A stretch of DNA of 38,122 bases from a virus (lineage: Duplodnaviria; Heunggongvirae; Uroviricota; Caudoviricetes). Location of the stretch: the IMG/VR virus record IMGVR_UViG_2698536574_000031. One strand, given 5' to 3'. The notes under the pieces are model-generated. The model had not been told where the DNA came from and ran no database searches. It was given only the letters and a program-made list of their open reading frames with translations. Of this stretch, positions 7,546 through 17,881 are shown in pieces; the stretch's first letter is position 1; every line of letters starts with the position of its first letter. The position numbers and the translations under genes are program-made.

Positions 7546-8621
7546 GTGATTTCCCCCACGGTCAGCAACTCTGTATCTCCGGCCATCACGGACTTCAGCG
7601 GACTGCGAACTTCAAAATCCTCCAGTCCTTTCACCCCTGCAACAGCCCGCCAGAATGATGAAGGCAATACAAGTCCACCCGGCCGCGATTCGTTATAAAG
7701 CAGGTCCGTTAATGCCTGTTTTACGGCAGCCTGATTTTCCGGCGTTTTGGGTACAATCCTGATCTCAAACGCCACCGGCTTATTGGTCAGCTTAAACACG
7801 CTGATTGTCGGCCCAAGTGGCTGACCAACGGGCTGGCCCGTCGCCGGATCATCATGACTGCGGATATAATCCGCCACCCGCTTCACATCACCTTCTCCGG
7901 GGAAAATGTCAGGGTTATTATCCTGAACAAAAGTCACACCAACACTACCCGCCTCAGGCCATTCAGGCTTACACCATGCCCGCGTCACGCCCGGTACTTC
8001 CCGTGCCCAGCGTTCAAAATCATACTGTGTTCCCCCTGATGGCGGGTTCTGTACCCGGAATACCAGCCTGGACAGCAACTCCGGCACCGTTTCCACATCC
8101 GCACCACCGGTGAGTCCCGTGCCGGTGACCGTGGCTGTCTGGTTGATGCCCGCCTGTGGCGTGATAAAGGACAGGCGGGTTCCGGTCGGGGTATTTCCAG
8201 CGCGCCCCGCACTTTCCGCCTCCACATTAACATTCAGTGTTCCGGCTTTTCCGGTCGCAGAGCCGGTGATGCGGTACACAACACCATCGCTTCGCTGAAG
8301 GAGTACGCCTTCCGTGATCCCTGCATCCGTGGTCAGCATCAGTTGTACCGGTCCGTCAGCGCGGGAAGCCGGTTTACGGATGACACCCCAGAATGCGCAG
8401 TGTTTCAGGAGTTCGGCTTCATCAGCTTCTGTCGGAATTATCTGCCGGGAGATCCAGGCCAGATGTTCATGCTCCTGTGCTGACAGACCCGCGAGTGCAT
8501 ACGCAATGGCATTCAGGGTGGTTTCATTCACGCCCGGCTGCGAACCGGGCAGGCGCTGGCTGATATCCTGTTGTGTCTGTGTGATCAGTTGCGCCAGTGG
8601 TAAGGGCTGATAAGGCATCAT
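7536..8621 (-). CDS. baseplate J-like protein (Mu gp47/W-like)
   Basis: 361 aa; synteny and size. Confidence 0.65.
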   Translation of the reverse strand: MMPYQPLPLAQLITQTQQDISQRLPGSQPGVNETTLNAIAYALAGLSAQEHEHLAWISRQIIPTEADEAELLKHCAFWGVIRKPASRADGPVQLMLTTDAGITEGVLLQRSDGVVYRITGSATGKAGTLNVNVEAESAGRAGNTPTGTRLSFITPQAGINQTATVTGTGLTGGADVETVPELLSRLVFRVQNPPSGGTQYDFERWAREVPGVTRAWCKPEWPEAGSVGVTFVQDNNPDIFPGEGDVKRVADYIRSHDDPATGQPVGQPLGPTISVFKLTNKPVAFEIRIVPKTPENQAAVKQALTDLLYNESRPGGLVLPSSFWRAVAGVKGLEDFEVRSPLKSVMAGDTELLTVGEITWL

Positions 8622-9055
8622 TCCCCCTTCATATCAGCATAAAAAATCATCGGATGTCTGCTTCCGTCCGGCAGGGTGATTTTCACGGAAAGCGAAAGGC
8701 GAGCATGCCCCACACGCATGGCATGACATACCACGGATGTGGCAGCACCGCTTTTATGCAGCCACGCCAGCGCTTCATCAGCATAGGCCTGTGCACGGCT
8801 GACCACGGAGGACAGCGTCTTTTCACGGCTTAACAGCCAGAGACGGGAGCCAACGGGGCGCTCCCGGAAACTGTCTCCCCACCATCCCCGACGGTCACGG
8901 GTGCCGTCAGGGATTTCATCGGAATCCAGCGCCCGCCTGTCCGTAAACAGTGAAATAATGACCGCAGTCAGCAGGCTGTTATCCGTCAGAAGATCTGCGC
9001 CGTTCAGTTGCAGGGAACCGCAACCCTGATCCCAGACGACAGCAATATCAGCCAT
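8618..9055 (-). CDS. baseplate protein (Mu gp46-like)
   Basis: Start taken at internal MADIAVVWDQG... with GGGAGGA upstream (ORF track extends to 9268, overlapping gp45); 145 aa. Confidence 0.55.
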   Translation of the reverse strand: MADIAVVWDQGCGSLQLNGADLLTDNSLLTAVIISLFTDRRALDSDEIPDGTRDRRGWWGDSFRERPVGSRLWLLSREKTLSSVVSRAQAYADEALAWLHKSGAATSVVCHAMRVGHARLSLSVKITLPDGSRHPMIFYADMKGE

Positions 9056-9662
9056 TCTCTGGTCCTCCCGTTTTGCTGCCTTCACCGTTATCGTGATGCA
9101 CATGACCTGAATAGGTGATCCCGGCAATAACCGCTTCGGACATCGTGAACGTCCCCTGTGATCTTCCGGTGCCGTCAATGGACACATTGCCTTTGACATG
9201 CAGGTTCTTATCCACTGTGACATTACCGGTAAAGTGAGCCTCCGGTGTATCCACCTGAACACCTTCATCGGCGTAAATCTCCAGCGTCTTACAGGTCACA
9301 ATGATCCGGCCGTTCTTTGTCAGACGTATACGGTGCCCCTCATGGTGATACACGCCGGTATCTCCGGCGGTAAGTCCGGTCGGGCGACTGCGGCGGTCTT
9401 CCACCACAAGCACCACGGCCTGATCCCGTTGTCCGCCAGCACAGGCCAGAAAAACTTCCGCACCAGGCAGGGGGACGCTGATTTGCCCGTACTGCTGGGG
9501 GCGTTCAACGTCATCAAAGGTTTCACCATCCATACCGGTTATTTGCACATTCTGGATTTTCAGCGTGTCCGTTGTGCCGGTCAGTACACCACGCCCGAAC
9601 AGCAGACGAACACCCCGCATTACGGGGGCCAGAAGGCGGCTGATGACTTCGTCATTCATCAT
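9048..9662 (-). CDS. baseplate assembly/central spike protein (Mu gp45/Q-like)
   Basis: 204 aa; synteny. Confidence 0.6.
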   Translation of the reverse strand: MMNDEVISRLLAPVMRGVRLLFGRGVLTGTTDTLKIQNVQITGMDGETFDDVERPQQYGQISVPLPGAEVFLACAGGQRDQAVVLVVEDRRSRPTGLTAGDTGVYHHEGHRIRLTKNGRIIVTCKTLEIYADEGVQVDTPEAHFTGNVTVDKNLHVKGNVSIDGTGRSQGTFTMSEAVIAGITYSGHVHHDNGEGSKTGGPENG

Positions 9663-10776
9663 TGAATTTAATCCCCTGTTTTTTCATCTGTGCCCGCACG
9701 AAGGCGTCCACGTCACCCGCATTTCCGCTTCCGCTGTTTCCCGGCTCTGCCGGAACAATAAAGCCGTCACGGGGTGCCAGAATCAGACGGGTGGTTTCGC
9801 CGTGATTTGCATCCAGCGAAAACTCCACCTGACAGACAAGAAGATCACGCTCTTCCACTCCGGTGCGGGGAGCCGTGACAGCCGTCAGCAGGTTGATATC
9901 CCACAACTGGCCGTTCTCCCGAAACCAGTGCCGCACGGTGGCTGTCAGGCGCACAGAGCGGGCAACCGCCCGGCGCATTTCCCGGACAGCCCTCTGGCGT
10001 GCACCGTCTGCATCAACAGCATGATCCGCCAGCACAATTTTCGGTCTGTAACGGTGGATGGCACTGTCTGTCACCGTACCAACTGGTGCGGCCAGCGTTC
10101 CGGCTGTCAGTGCATCCCCGGCATGACCACCACCACGCCCGTGCCCCCGTACACGGTATTCACTGTGGCGCAGACGGTGATCCACGTTGTGATCCAAATC
10201 CAGCAGATTTTCGCCCAGCGTCAGCGTGTCGCCACGCTGACTGCCGGCCTGAGTGAAAACCAGTTCACCGGCGGCATTACTGGTTACCAGGACGCCTCTG
10301 TGTCTCGCGGCCCGTGTCAGCGCATCTGCCACGGTTTCTGAATTTTCCAGTGTGAAGGTGGAAAAGGGCCGGGCTGCCGTTGCATCATTTACCTGCCAGC
10401 GCACCGTGACCCCGAACGGAGCACACAAATCTGAAGCAATGTGCTCCAGCGTGCGGTTCCTCCACTGGCTGCCCGGATGAATGGCTGAACAGTCCACCAG
10501 GTCACCGGTTTTATCCCGTCCGCTGAGCGTGATCTGAAAACGCGTGGCGCTGATGCGCTGCCGGACCTGATCCAGCCAGCCAGTGATCACAGGCTGACCG
10601 TCAATGCGCAATTCCAGAGACTGACCGGCACGGACGGATGACGGAAGGCGTACACCGGGCATCATTACCCCCAGTTCAAAGGAGCCCGCCAGATGTTCAA
10701 GAGAGCGACGAACACTCACCGTCAGCCAGCCGGAAAAAATCTCACCGCCCAGATACAGTTCAACCCTGCTGCTCAC
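9652..10776 (-). CDS. tail protein P (Mu gp44-like)
   Basis: 374 aa; synteny and size. Confidence 0.65.
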   Translation of the reverse strand: MSSRVELYLGGEIFSGWLTVSVRRSLEHLAGSFELGVMMPGVRLPSSVRAGQSLELRIDGQPVITGWLDQVRQRISATRFQITLSGRDKTGDLVDCSAIHPGSQWRNRTLEHIASDLCAPFGVTVRWQVNDATAARPFSTFTLENSETVADALTRAARHRGVLVTSNAAGELVFTQAGSQRGDTLTLGENLLDLDHNVDHRLRHSEYRVRGHGRGGGHAGDALTAGTLAAPVGTVTDSAIHRYRPKIVLADHAVDADGARQRAVREMRRAVARSVRLTATVRHWFRENGQLWDINLLTAVTAPRTGVEERDLLVCQVEFSLDANHGETTRLILAPRDGFIVPAEPGNSGSGNAGDVDAFVRAQMKKQGIKFNDE

Positions 10777-12130
10777 TAATCACCTCCACTGAATGGCCTC
10801 CGGGAATGAACAGCGGATCAACAATACCGTTACGGCGCACAAAACGTTGCCAGCCGGTACTGTTCCCGGTGGCACGGTACAGGGTCACCAGTGCAGGCTC
10901 GGTGGTACGTACAGTCACTACTGTTGCACCGGGTAGCTGAACTCCCCGTGTATTCAGATCCTCTGTCAGTGCCAGTCTGGCATCACGAAGCGTCAGCGCC
11001 GTGGCGGTATACCCCTGCCCGGACAGTGTCATCACCTGCCGTTCGAGCGCTTCGCTTAAGTCACGGTTAATGCGCTGAAGATCAACTGAACTTTCCAGCC
11101 AGACAGGCCAGGTACGGTGGGCTGCGTCACTGTCCGGCAGGGTTTCCTGACTGAGAACCTGATCCAGCAGTTTTCCCACGGTCTGTGCCTGGGCCACCAC
11201 GGCAGCACTCTGCATTACCGCCCGTATCAGACGAATATTCTTTTGTGCTGCCGGTGTCAGACCGATGAGAGTCTGCGGATTATCCTGCTCATCCAGCACG
11301 TAACGCAGGGAAGATAATGTCCTGTACAGTTGTGGCATTCCCTGAGCGACGGCGGATGTCGTCCGGCCGATACTGCCACCGGGCCGGGTATTCAGGCCTC
11401 CTGAAGACAGTGACGGCAGCGATGGCAGGGTGATCAGGGCACTGAAAAGCCCCGCAAAAGATGAGGCCATGCGGGAAGGTGCTGTCAGTAATGCCGTGGC
11501 ATTCCCTTTCAGCGCCGTGAACGTGGCAGTAAAGGCACTGATATCCTGTACAATCCCCATGCCGGAAACGGCATTTTCCAGGGCGGACACCTTATCACTG
11601 ATGGTTTCGGTCATTGCCTGGACATCGTGCATTCCGTCAGAGATCACCGTCCAGCCCGCTTCCAGGGTTTCAAAAACCTGCCCGAGCGCGGTGGTACTCT
11701 TCTGCTCCAGAATGGCGGCCGTGTCCTGTGTGACAGCAGGTGCGGTATCATCACTTACCGGCGTGACATTAATGGTGAACTCAACCACGCCCTGTTCAGC
11801 GGCGTTATAACGACTTTCAAAGCTGTTTATCAGCACATTTAACGTGCCGTAATCCGGGTGAAGCAGCTCCCCGGCACCGGGAGCACGAAGGGCATCACGC
11901 AGACGATTTCGCTGTGTCTGAACATCATCCCCCATCACAAGTACACTGAACGTAAATTCAGTCAGTTTAGGTCCCAGATCGTCTGCCCCACCGGTTTCCC
12001 GTAACGGATATTCCCGACGGACAATGTTTCGCCCACCACGTTCGCGCTGCTCACGCCAGACGAGGAACGGCACACCACGGAACGCACCACGACCGTCACC
12101 AGAGGCCATAATTCCCTCCGTTCCAGACAT
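10760..12130 (-). CDS. DNA circularisation protein N-like tail protein (Mu gp43-like)
   Basis: 456 aa; synteny. Confidence 0.6.
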   Translation of the reverse strand: MSGTEGIMASGDGRGAFRGVPFLVWREQRERGGRNIVRREYPLRETGGADDLGPKLTEFTFSVLVMGDDVQTQRNRLRDALRAPGAGELLHPDYGTLNVLINSFESRYNAAEQGVVEFTINVTPVSDDTAPAVTQDTAAILEQKSTTALGQVFETLEAGWTVISDGMHDVQAMTETISDKVSALENAVSGMGIVQDISAFTATFTALKGNATALLTAPSRMASSFAGLFSALITLPSLPSLSSGGLNTRPGGSIGRTTSAVAQGMPQLYRTLSSLRYVLDEQDNPQTLIGLTPAAQKNIRLIRAVMQSAAVVAQAQTVGKLLDQVLSQETLPDSDAAHRTWPVWLESSVDLQRINRDLSEALERQVMTLSGQGYTATALTLRDARLALTEDLNTRGVQLPGATVVTVRTTEPALVTLYRATGNSTGWQRFVRRNGIVDPLFIPGGHSVEVISEQQG

Positions 12131-14171
12131 TCACATCCAGTCCGTGACCGGACGTGTCATCAATATCAATACTGCGAGCCTGCCACCCTTCCGGGGCAAC
12201 CAGCTCCACACGGGCAGAGGCTTTTTGTACCGCCTGTCCACTGCTTTCATCATCACTGCCCCGTAATTTCTGCCAGGCTTCAGTCAGCCATCCCCCCAGA
12301 TAGTTACCGAGATAGCTGCCCACCGTAGAACCAATGGCAATCCCCACAGGTCCGGCTGCCGCCCCCAGCGCACCACCGGCAATACTGCCTGCAAGAGAGC
12401 CGACCGCTTCTCCCTTGTCTGTGGCACTGGCGCTGCCATCCAGCAGAACCGGGGCTGCCATCGCGCCAGCCCACAGGGCACCTCCACCCAGCCGGCCGGC
12501 CAGTCCACCGGCACTGCGGAAAAAGCCGGAGAAACGCCCCAGCCCCATGCGGCTACCGACAGACGAAAGTAACCCACCGGCGCGCCCCATCATGCGCCCC
12601 CAGAACCCTGCCCCACCAGAAGAGGGAGACGGTGGCACTGGGGACGGTGGCAGGGGAGGCGTGACCGGTCTTCCGCGCCCCGGTCCGCGTTTCCTGCGGC
12701 CCCGCCCCTGACGTCCGCCTGAGGATGTATCGGTCGCGCCGGTGCCGGACAGTCCTCCTGTGGGCCAGTTTGTTACAAGTACTGGCTGAACGGCTGCCGG
12801 ATTTACCCCGGTAAGAAAGTTTATAAAACGTTGCCCTCGTCCCTGAGATGTGCCTGGTGGTGTTCCGGCCGGAGGAGAGCGCCGGAAAGGTGAGGTAAGG
12901 AAGGCCGCCGCTGATAATCCGTATCCCAGCAATGCAGCACCCGGACGTATAATCCCCGTTCCGACAGCCCGCGCCATTTTCAGGGCACGGGTGGCGAGAT
13001 ACATGTACAGCAGGTATTTCGCGGCGGTCTGTGCCCCCTGACCAATGCGATCCAGCGCATCACCATAGCCCGCATCCCGCAGAGCCTGAAGCGTGTCGCG
13101 TACCTTTCTGATCGCCCGATAAAACCCTGTCACTGCATCACGGGCATACTCAAAGCCCTGGTTCATGGCTGATGCCGTACTTTCCGCCAGGGAATGGTAA
13201 CTGCCATCAGATTTGGCACTGTCAACCCATGAAAGAAATCCCCTGAGATTACCCTTCAGTTTTTCAAATGGCCCACTGTCCATCACATCCCGGGCAAACT
13301 GATCCCAGACGTCACCCATCATGGCCGTCAGGCCACTCCAGGAATTCATTGCGTCCTTTTGTGCTCCCCTGGCCTGTTCCGCCAGCGTCTGAAATAACAG
13401 GCGAATACTGTCCGGCCCAAGCAGCCCTTTTTCACCAAGTTTTCTGACCACTTTCTGGTCCACACCCAGACGATCAGCCAGCACGCGGTAGGCATTAATG
13501 CCGTAGGTGGCAAGAATATTTGCATCCGCTGCCTGAATACTGCCTCTTGCATACATCTGTTTCAGTTGCAGGGATGCCCCCTGTGCATCGGACAGTGACC
13601 AGCCGCCCACGGCACCCTGATCCTGAAGCATGGTGACAAAATTTCGGGCCTCCCTGTCACTCATACCAAAGCCCAGACTGGACGTATATTCCTGCATGAC
13701 GCCAGCCAGCCCCCAGGTGGTTTCCTTCGCATTCTGTATTGCCCACCTGCGGACATCATCAGTTTTCGCCCGATCCCCTTTGTAAAGGGAGTTCAGGCGA
13801 ATCATATAGGTTTCCATCTCCGCTGCCGGGCGAATAAATCCCCGGTTAAAGCCATATACAGCTGCACCACCGGCCAGCATTCCGTAAAGATTGCTGATCC
13901 GCCCGATGGTGCCGGTAATACTGCCCTGAAGACGGTCAAAATCAGAAGTGACATGGCGGATACTGCCCCGCACCCCGGCCAGCGTGCGCTGCATCCTGCT
14001 TCCGAGTACATCTGTTTCCTGCCCGGCACGGCGGGCCGCATTTCCCAGACCACCCAGCCCCGCCTGGCCGGAGCGTGAGAATGCCCCCAGCTCCTGAGAC
14101 CACTGGCGGGATTTGGCTGAGATATTGCCGAGCAAATCAACTATCAGAGATGCTCTGAGATTTCGGGCCAT
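12096..14171 (-). CDS. tail tape measure protein
   Basis: 691 aa; long helical N-terminal part and Gly/Pro-rich C-terminal third (GRGRRKRGPGRGRPVTPPLPPSPVPPSPSSGG...). Confidence 0.8.
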   Translation of the reverse strand: MARNLRASLIVDLLGNISAKSRQWSQELGAFSRSGQAGLGGLGNAARRAGQETDVLGSRMQRTLAGVRGSIRHVTSDFDRLQGSITGTIGRISNLYGMLAGGAAVYGFNRGFIRPAAEMETYMIRLNSLYKGDRAKTDDVRRWAIQNAKETTWGLAGVMQEYTSSLGFGMSDREARNFVTMLQDQGAVGGWSLSDAQGASLQLKQMYARGSIQAADANILATYGINAYRVLADRLGVDQKVVRKLGEKGLLGPDSIRLLFQTLAEQARGAQKDAMNSWSGLTAMMGDVWDQFARDVMDSGPFEKLKGNLRGFLSWVDSAKSDGSYHSLAESTASAMNQGFEYARDAVTGFYRAIRKVRDTLQALRDAGYGDALDRIGQGAQTAAKYLLYMYLATRALKMARAVGTGIIRPGAALLGYGLSAAAFLTSPFRRSPPAGTPPGTSQGRGQRFINFLTGVNPAAVQPVLVTNWPTGGLSGTGATDTSSGGRQGRGRRKRGPGRGRPVTPPLPPSPVPPSPSSGGAGFWGRMMGRAGGLLSSVGSRMGLGRFSGFFRSAGGLAGRLGGGALWAGAMAAPVLLDGSASATDKGEAVGSLAGSIAGGALGAAAGPVGIAIGSTVGSYLGNYLGGWLTEAWQKLRGSDDESSGQAVQKASARVELVAPEGWQARSIDIDDTSGHGLDVNVWNGGNYGLW

Positions 14172-14173
14172 AC

Positions 14174-14356
14174 TTACTGCTTCGTTCTGATGATTTTTTC
14201 TGTCTGTCGGCAGTGCCGGTAAAGTTGCGACAGGGGGAGGTTAAGCGCCCATTCCGGGCCACTTTTTGTCACCATCCCCAGGATAATTGCCGCTTCTTCA
14301 ATCTGATCCCGACACTGCGCCTGATCGCCCCCGGTCAGCTGCCAGCTTTCCGGCAA
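14174..14356 (-). CDS. possible -1 frame extension of the tail assembly chaperone
   Basis: -1 frame open across the last 20 codons of the chaperone ORF and running to the tape-measure start; apparent TTG start; no canonical slippery heptamer seen. Confidence 0.2.
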   Translation of the reverse strand: MPESWQLTGGDQAQCRDQIEEAAIILGMVTKSGPEWALNLPLSQLYRHCRQTEKIIRTKQ

Positions 14357-14792
14357 GCGCGGTATCCAGCAGGCTGACCGCTGCCATCAGGCGGGAGAGA
14401 TCGCGCTCGCTTAACTGTCCAATCTGACGGGGTGACAACGGACCTTCAATGTCTCCCACTGCGGCAATCTGACGGCGCAGCAGTGCAACACCGCGTAACG
14501 ACGGAGACGCTATCAGCATCGGGCCATTGTTTGTCTCCACCACGCGCTCGGCTTCTGCTTCTGCGTCAATACTGTCTTTCGCTGTCAGTTCCCGGAACGT
14601 GACACGATATTCACGGGTCTCACCAAACGGCAGACCATCAAGCAGATCCACATATCCCTTTGCCAGTTGCTCTGTCAGCCCGGCAGTGCGTGGATCAGCC
14701 CCCTCAAGTGCTTCCCGGATTGCCTCCATCACGGCTGCCTCGGAAACTGCCGTTTTTTTCTTACGTGTGGTCATTTTATTTTTCCTGATCAC
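14298..14792 (-). CDS. tail assembly chaperone (Mu gp41-like)
   Basis: 164 aa between tube and tape-measure genes; ATGA overlap with the tube stop. Confidence 0.55.
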   Translation of the reverse strand: MIRKNKMTTRKKKTAVSEAAVMEAIREALEGADPRTAGLTEQLAKGYVDLLDGLPFGETREYRVTFRELTAKDSIDAEAEAERVVETNNGPMLIASPSLRGVALLRRQIAAVGDIEGPLSPRQIGQLSERDLSRLMAAVSLLDTALAGKLAADRGRSGAVSGSD

Positions 14793-15154
14793 TGAACACG
14801 GGTACTGGTGGCGCTGGCGAACTTCACGGAGATCTCCCCGCCACCGTCAAGCGAGGCCGGTTCACTGCTCCAGGCCTTCGTCATCATGTGGACTTCGCCG
14901 GTATCCGCCACAAACTCGATAGTGACAGCAGTCCAGTTGTTGATTTCATCGGCGGCTGGTGAACCTTCTCCGCCTGCCGGAAATTTGCAGTCCAGTGTCG
15001 CTTCACGTGGTTTCTGGCGGTAACCATAGACTTTCGCGCCTTTCACCACTTCACGTTCAAAACCTGACGGAGAAAATGTAGCCCCCTCAAGCGTCTCGTA
15101 TTCCTGACCGTTCACACGGATAGTGGCCGTGCCCTGATACTGTTTTCCGCTCAT
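14789..15154 (-). CDS. tail tube protein (Mu M-like)
   Basis: 121 aa directly downstream of the sheath gene. Confidence 0.7.
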   Translation of the reverse strand: MSGKQYQGTATIRVNGQEYETLEGATFSPSGFEREVVKGAKVYGYRQKPREATLDCKFPAGGEGSPAADEINNWTAVTIEFVADTGEVHMMTKAWSSEPASLDGGGEISVKFASATSTRVQ

Positions 15155-15162
15155 GCCTTACC

Positions 15163-16662
15163 TCACAAAATGAAACGGATCTGTGCTGCCAGGAAGCGGA
15201 ACTGGTTAACCAGATCCGGCGTGCATAACACGTCAAGACGGTTTCGATCTGACGCATTACGCTCCACAAGCAGATTCTTTTTAAAGGTGTCCAGATTTTC
15301 GACCAGCCCGAGTTCCACCCACTCTTCACCCAGCGAAATTAACTGAAGCTTCATGATCTCCGGCGTCACGATATTCTGACCGGCACGAACGGGCGTCCCG
15401 TCATCAGCCAGTTTATGGCGCGGAAAACGTTGTGTGATAAAAGTACGCAGGGAATAACGCAGCCAGGAGAGGGTGTAGATGGTTTCCACATCCAGATAGC
15501 TGGGATCACTTTCGCCGTACACGTTCTGGCGATACATGGTCACCTGACGTTCGATCTGAACCACATCACCGGCAGCCACACTGACCGTGGCAATCCCTCC
15601 CCACAGCAGACTGTTACGCTCTTCACGCGTCAGACGATCGGCCGGGGCCGGGGCCATGCGTGACGGAAGCGCCAGCGTCTGAAGCGGACGCGCAGGATCT
15701 GCCCCCAGAGACGGCGCACAGGTGGCGCAGACCGCCGCTGCCCAGAGGTAATCCGGTTCAGGGGCTTTGGGAATGAATGTGCAGGTCGCCAGAAAATCAT
15801 TGCGTTTTGCCCCGAATGCCTGCACCTCACCAAACGTGCCGGTATGTGCCAGCCACAGCACGCCGTCAGACATTTTGGCCGGTCCCCAGCGTTTCAGAAG
15901 CTCATCACTGATGATTTTCAGGTTTGCATCATCCTTATAGGGCATGACGACATAGTTGTACTGGCGATCGCCCATACCCGCCACGCTTCGGGTGATATCC
16001 GGGTTAGTGGCTTTTGTTTTGGGATACCCAAGTTCAATGGTCAGTCCACCCGGTGTGGTTTCTCCGTCATGATAATTAACACGGATATCATGTACGGAAC
16101 ATTCACCGGTAAAACGGGCATTAATTCCCATACTTCCCTTGAGTCCGCTGGCGTTATCTGCTACCTGACCTGCATAAGCACTGAAGGGCGCATCAGCATC
16201 GGCATTAATAACAGAGACCAGAGCGTCAATAAGCTCCTTACCTTTCTGCCCCTTCGTGACAGCCAGCAGATAACGCCGACCGCCGATATAAATGTGCAGA
16301 ACACCATCCTGAGAGGCGGTGCCAATTATATTCATGAGACATGCCTGAGCCTGACCGGTGCCGCTCCCCTGAGCAATGGCATACAGTTCAGCATCAGGAT
16401 TGATGGCGATAAATTCCGCCACCATCAGGGCAATCATGGAGCCGCGCCCCCAGAATTCTGTTGCCTGAGACGCACGGGTGATCCTGAGCGGAACATCCAG
16501 AACACCGGTACCGTCCACGGCATTCTCTTTCATTCTCGCCTGACCAAACAGCAGTACACACTGACGCTGTGCCGGGGTGCCGGTGACAGCCATGGAGTTA
16601 TTAAACTCAACCTCAATCAGCGGTATACGGCGGTCATTACCGATCCCGTCAAAATTAATCAT
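15163..16662 (-). CDS. contractile tail sheath protein (Mu L-like)
   Basis: 499 aa; size and synteny. Confidence 0.85.
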   Translation of the reverse strand: MINFDGIGNDRRIPLIEVEFNNSMAVTGTPAQRQCVLLFGQARMKENAVDGTGVLDVPLRITRASQATEFWGRGSMIALMVAEFIAINPDAELYAIAQGSGTGQAQACLMNIIGTASQDGVLHIYIGGRRYLLAVTKGQKGKELIDALVSVINADADAPFSAYAGQVADNASGLKGSMGINARFTGECSVHDIRVNYHDGETTPGGLTIELGYPKTKATNPDITRSVAGMGDRQYNYVVMPYKDDANLKIISDELLKRWGPAKMSDGVLWLAHTGTFGEVQAFGAKRNDFLATCTFIPKAPEPDYLWAAAVCATCAPSLGADPARPLQTLALPSRMAPAPADRLTREERNSLLWGGIATVSVAAGDVVQIERQVTMYRQNVYGESDPSYLDVETIYTLSWLRYSLRTFITQRFPRHKLADDGTPVRAGQNIVTPEIMKLQLISLGEEWVELGLVENLDTFKKNLLVERNASDRNRLDVLCTPDLVNQFRFLAAQIRFIL

Positions 16663-16904
16663 TGCGGTTTCTCCTTATCGGATGCCGGTTGGGCGACCGG
16701 TTTTTCTGTCGCAGTCGTTGCATCCGCAGATACAGCCGGAGCCTCTTCAGCGGCTTTTTCAGCCTGAATGACATCGCCGTCATCAAGACGCCGACACCAG
16801 AACGGCGTGAAGGGCTTTTCCTCCCCCTCCTGTGCCAGCGGGCGCATTGTGTCGGGATCACGAATCAGGCGTCCCGGCGCGGGTTTGATAAAGATGGTTT
16901 TCAT
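16659..16904 (-). CDS. hypothetical head-tail region protein (Mu gp38-like)
   Basis: 81 aa, overlapping neighbours. Confidence 0.45.
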   Translation of the reverse strand: MKTIFIKPAPGRLIRDPDTMRPLAQEGEEKPFTPFWCRRLDDGDVIQAEKAAEEAPAVSADATTATEKPVAQPASDKEKPQ

Positions 16905-17465
16905 TTACAGTTCCTCCGGCGGTTCGACCGCCGTTGTCGTGTTCCCCGGCAAATCAATATGTGCCTCAAACGGCGGCGTACCGGGCGGCTCCACAAAGGT
17001 TTCGTAATGACGCAGGAAGTCGTCCAGCGAGCTGATATCGGTCAGCGGTGCGATCATTTCCTCGCAGGAGAAATAAAGCGCATACATCACCGCACCACTG
17101 TCCGCCTGGGTTTCGGTGTAACCGTTGACCGCCTTTTCAAAGTAAAGCGGTGAGGTTTTTTCTGTTCTGAAGCCGTTAAGCACGGCAATCAGCCGGGCCA
17201 CAATCTGATACAGTCCGGGGCGGCTGGCCTCACGCCCGTTGAGCATGTCGCCAATGACGTAGAACACCCAGTGACTGACCAGGCGACCACGGGTACGGCC
17301 TTCACCGGCACCCAGCCAGGCAACGTAGATCGCCGGGGCGTTAATCAGCATGGTGCGCAGTACGCTGTCGCTCCAGTCGCCGGGATGCGTGTCAACAGAC
17401 ACCAGTTCATTCCCGAAATACTCACGGATGCGGGCGATGTATGCCTGTTCGGTTTCCGTAATCAT
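16905..17465 (-). CDS. head-tail joining protein (Mu gp37-like)
   Basis: 186 aa; synteny. Confidence 0.5.
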   Translation of the reverse strand: MITETEQAYIARIREYFGNELVSVDTHPGDWSDSVLRTMLINAPAIYVAWLGAGEGRTRGRLVSHWVFYVIGDMLNGREASRPGLYQIVARLIAVLNGFRTEKTSPLYFEKAVNGYTETQADSGAVMYALYFSCEEMIAPLTDISSLDDFLRHYETFVEPPGTPPFEAHIDLPGNTTTAVEPPEEL

Positions 17466-17881
17466 ACGAAGCCCTTCTGGTTGCGCCCGAATACCGCTGC
17501 ATCAGACTGAACCTGCGGTAAATCCCCGGATTCAGGGGCTGCACCGTTCGTATCCACACCGACCGGCACATTGCCGTTCATGACATCTTTCAGCCAGGCC
17601 AGCGCTTCACGGTAACGGTCACGCGCCTGATCGGAGGCTCGCTGATCGCACAGGTAATAAAAGGCAATCGCGCAACAGTGCTGAACAAGAACAGCCGGGA
17701 TAACCTCCAGCGGCAGCGTGTAACGGGCGGACAGATAGCTGTCGATAAGGGCTGACGCATCTGTCAGCGCCCGGTTCAGCTTGCGCGTGTCCGGCTCATC
17801 CGAACGGGGCACAGCCAGTAACGGCCTGAGCAAATCCTCGCGGTAACGCGCCCGCATATCGGTTTCAGTGGCGTAATTCAT
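17462..17881 (-). CDS. head-tail connector protein (Mu gp36-like)
   Basis: 139 aa; synteny. Confidence 0.5.
   Translation of the reverse strand: MNYATETDMRARYREDLLRPLLAVPRSDEPDTRKLNRALTDASALIDSYLSARYTLPLEVIPAVLVQHCCAIAFYYLCDQRASDQARDRYREALAWLKDVMNGNVPVGVDTNGAAPESGDLPQVQSDAAVFGRNQKGFV

Noticed and set aside
14174-14356. Independent small gene with TTG start between chaperone and tape measure
   Set aside because: More economically explained as the -1 frame of a chaperone frameshift, and that itself is weak; kept only as a low-confidence feature.
15844-16767. Long + strand ORFs antisense to structural genes (also 9565..10341, 23507..24106, 25822..26415, 36923..37441)
   Set aside because: Shadow ORFs typical of GC-rich coding DNA; they break the compact minus-strand operon and show no motifs or RBSs.
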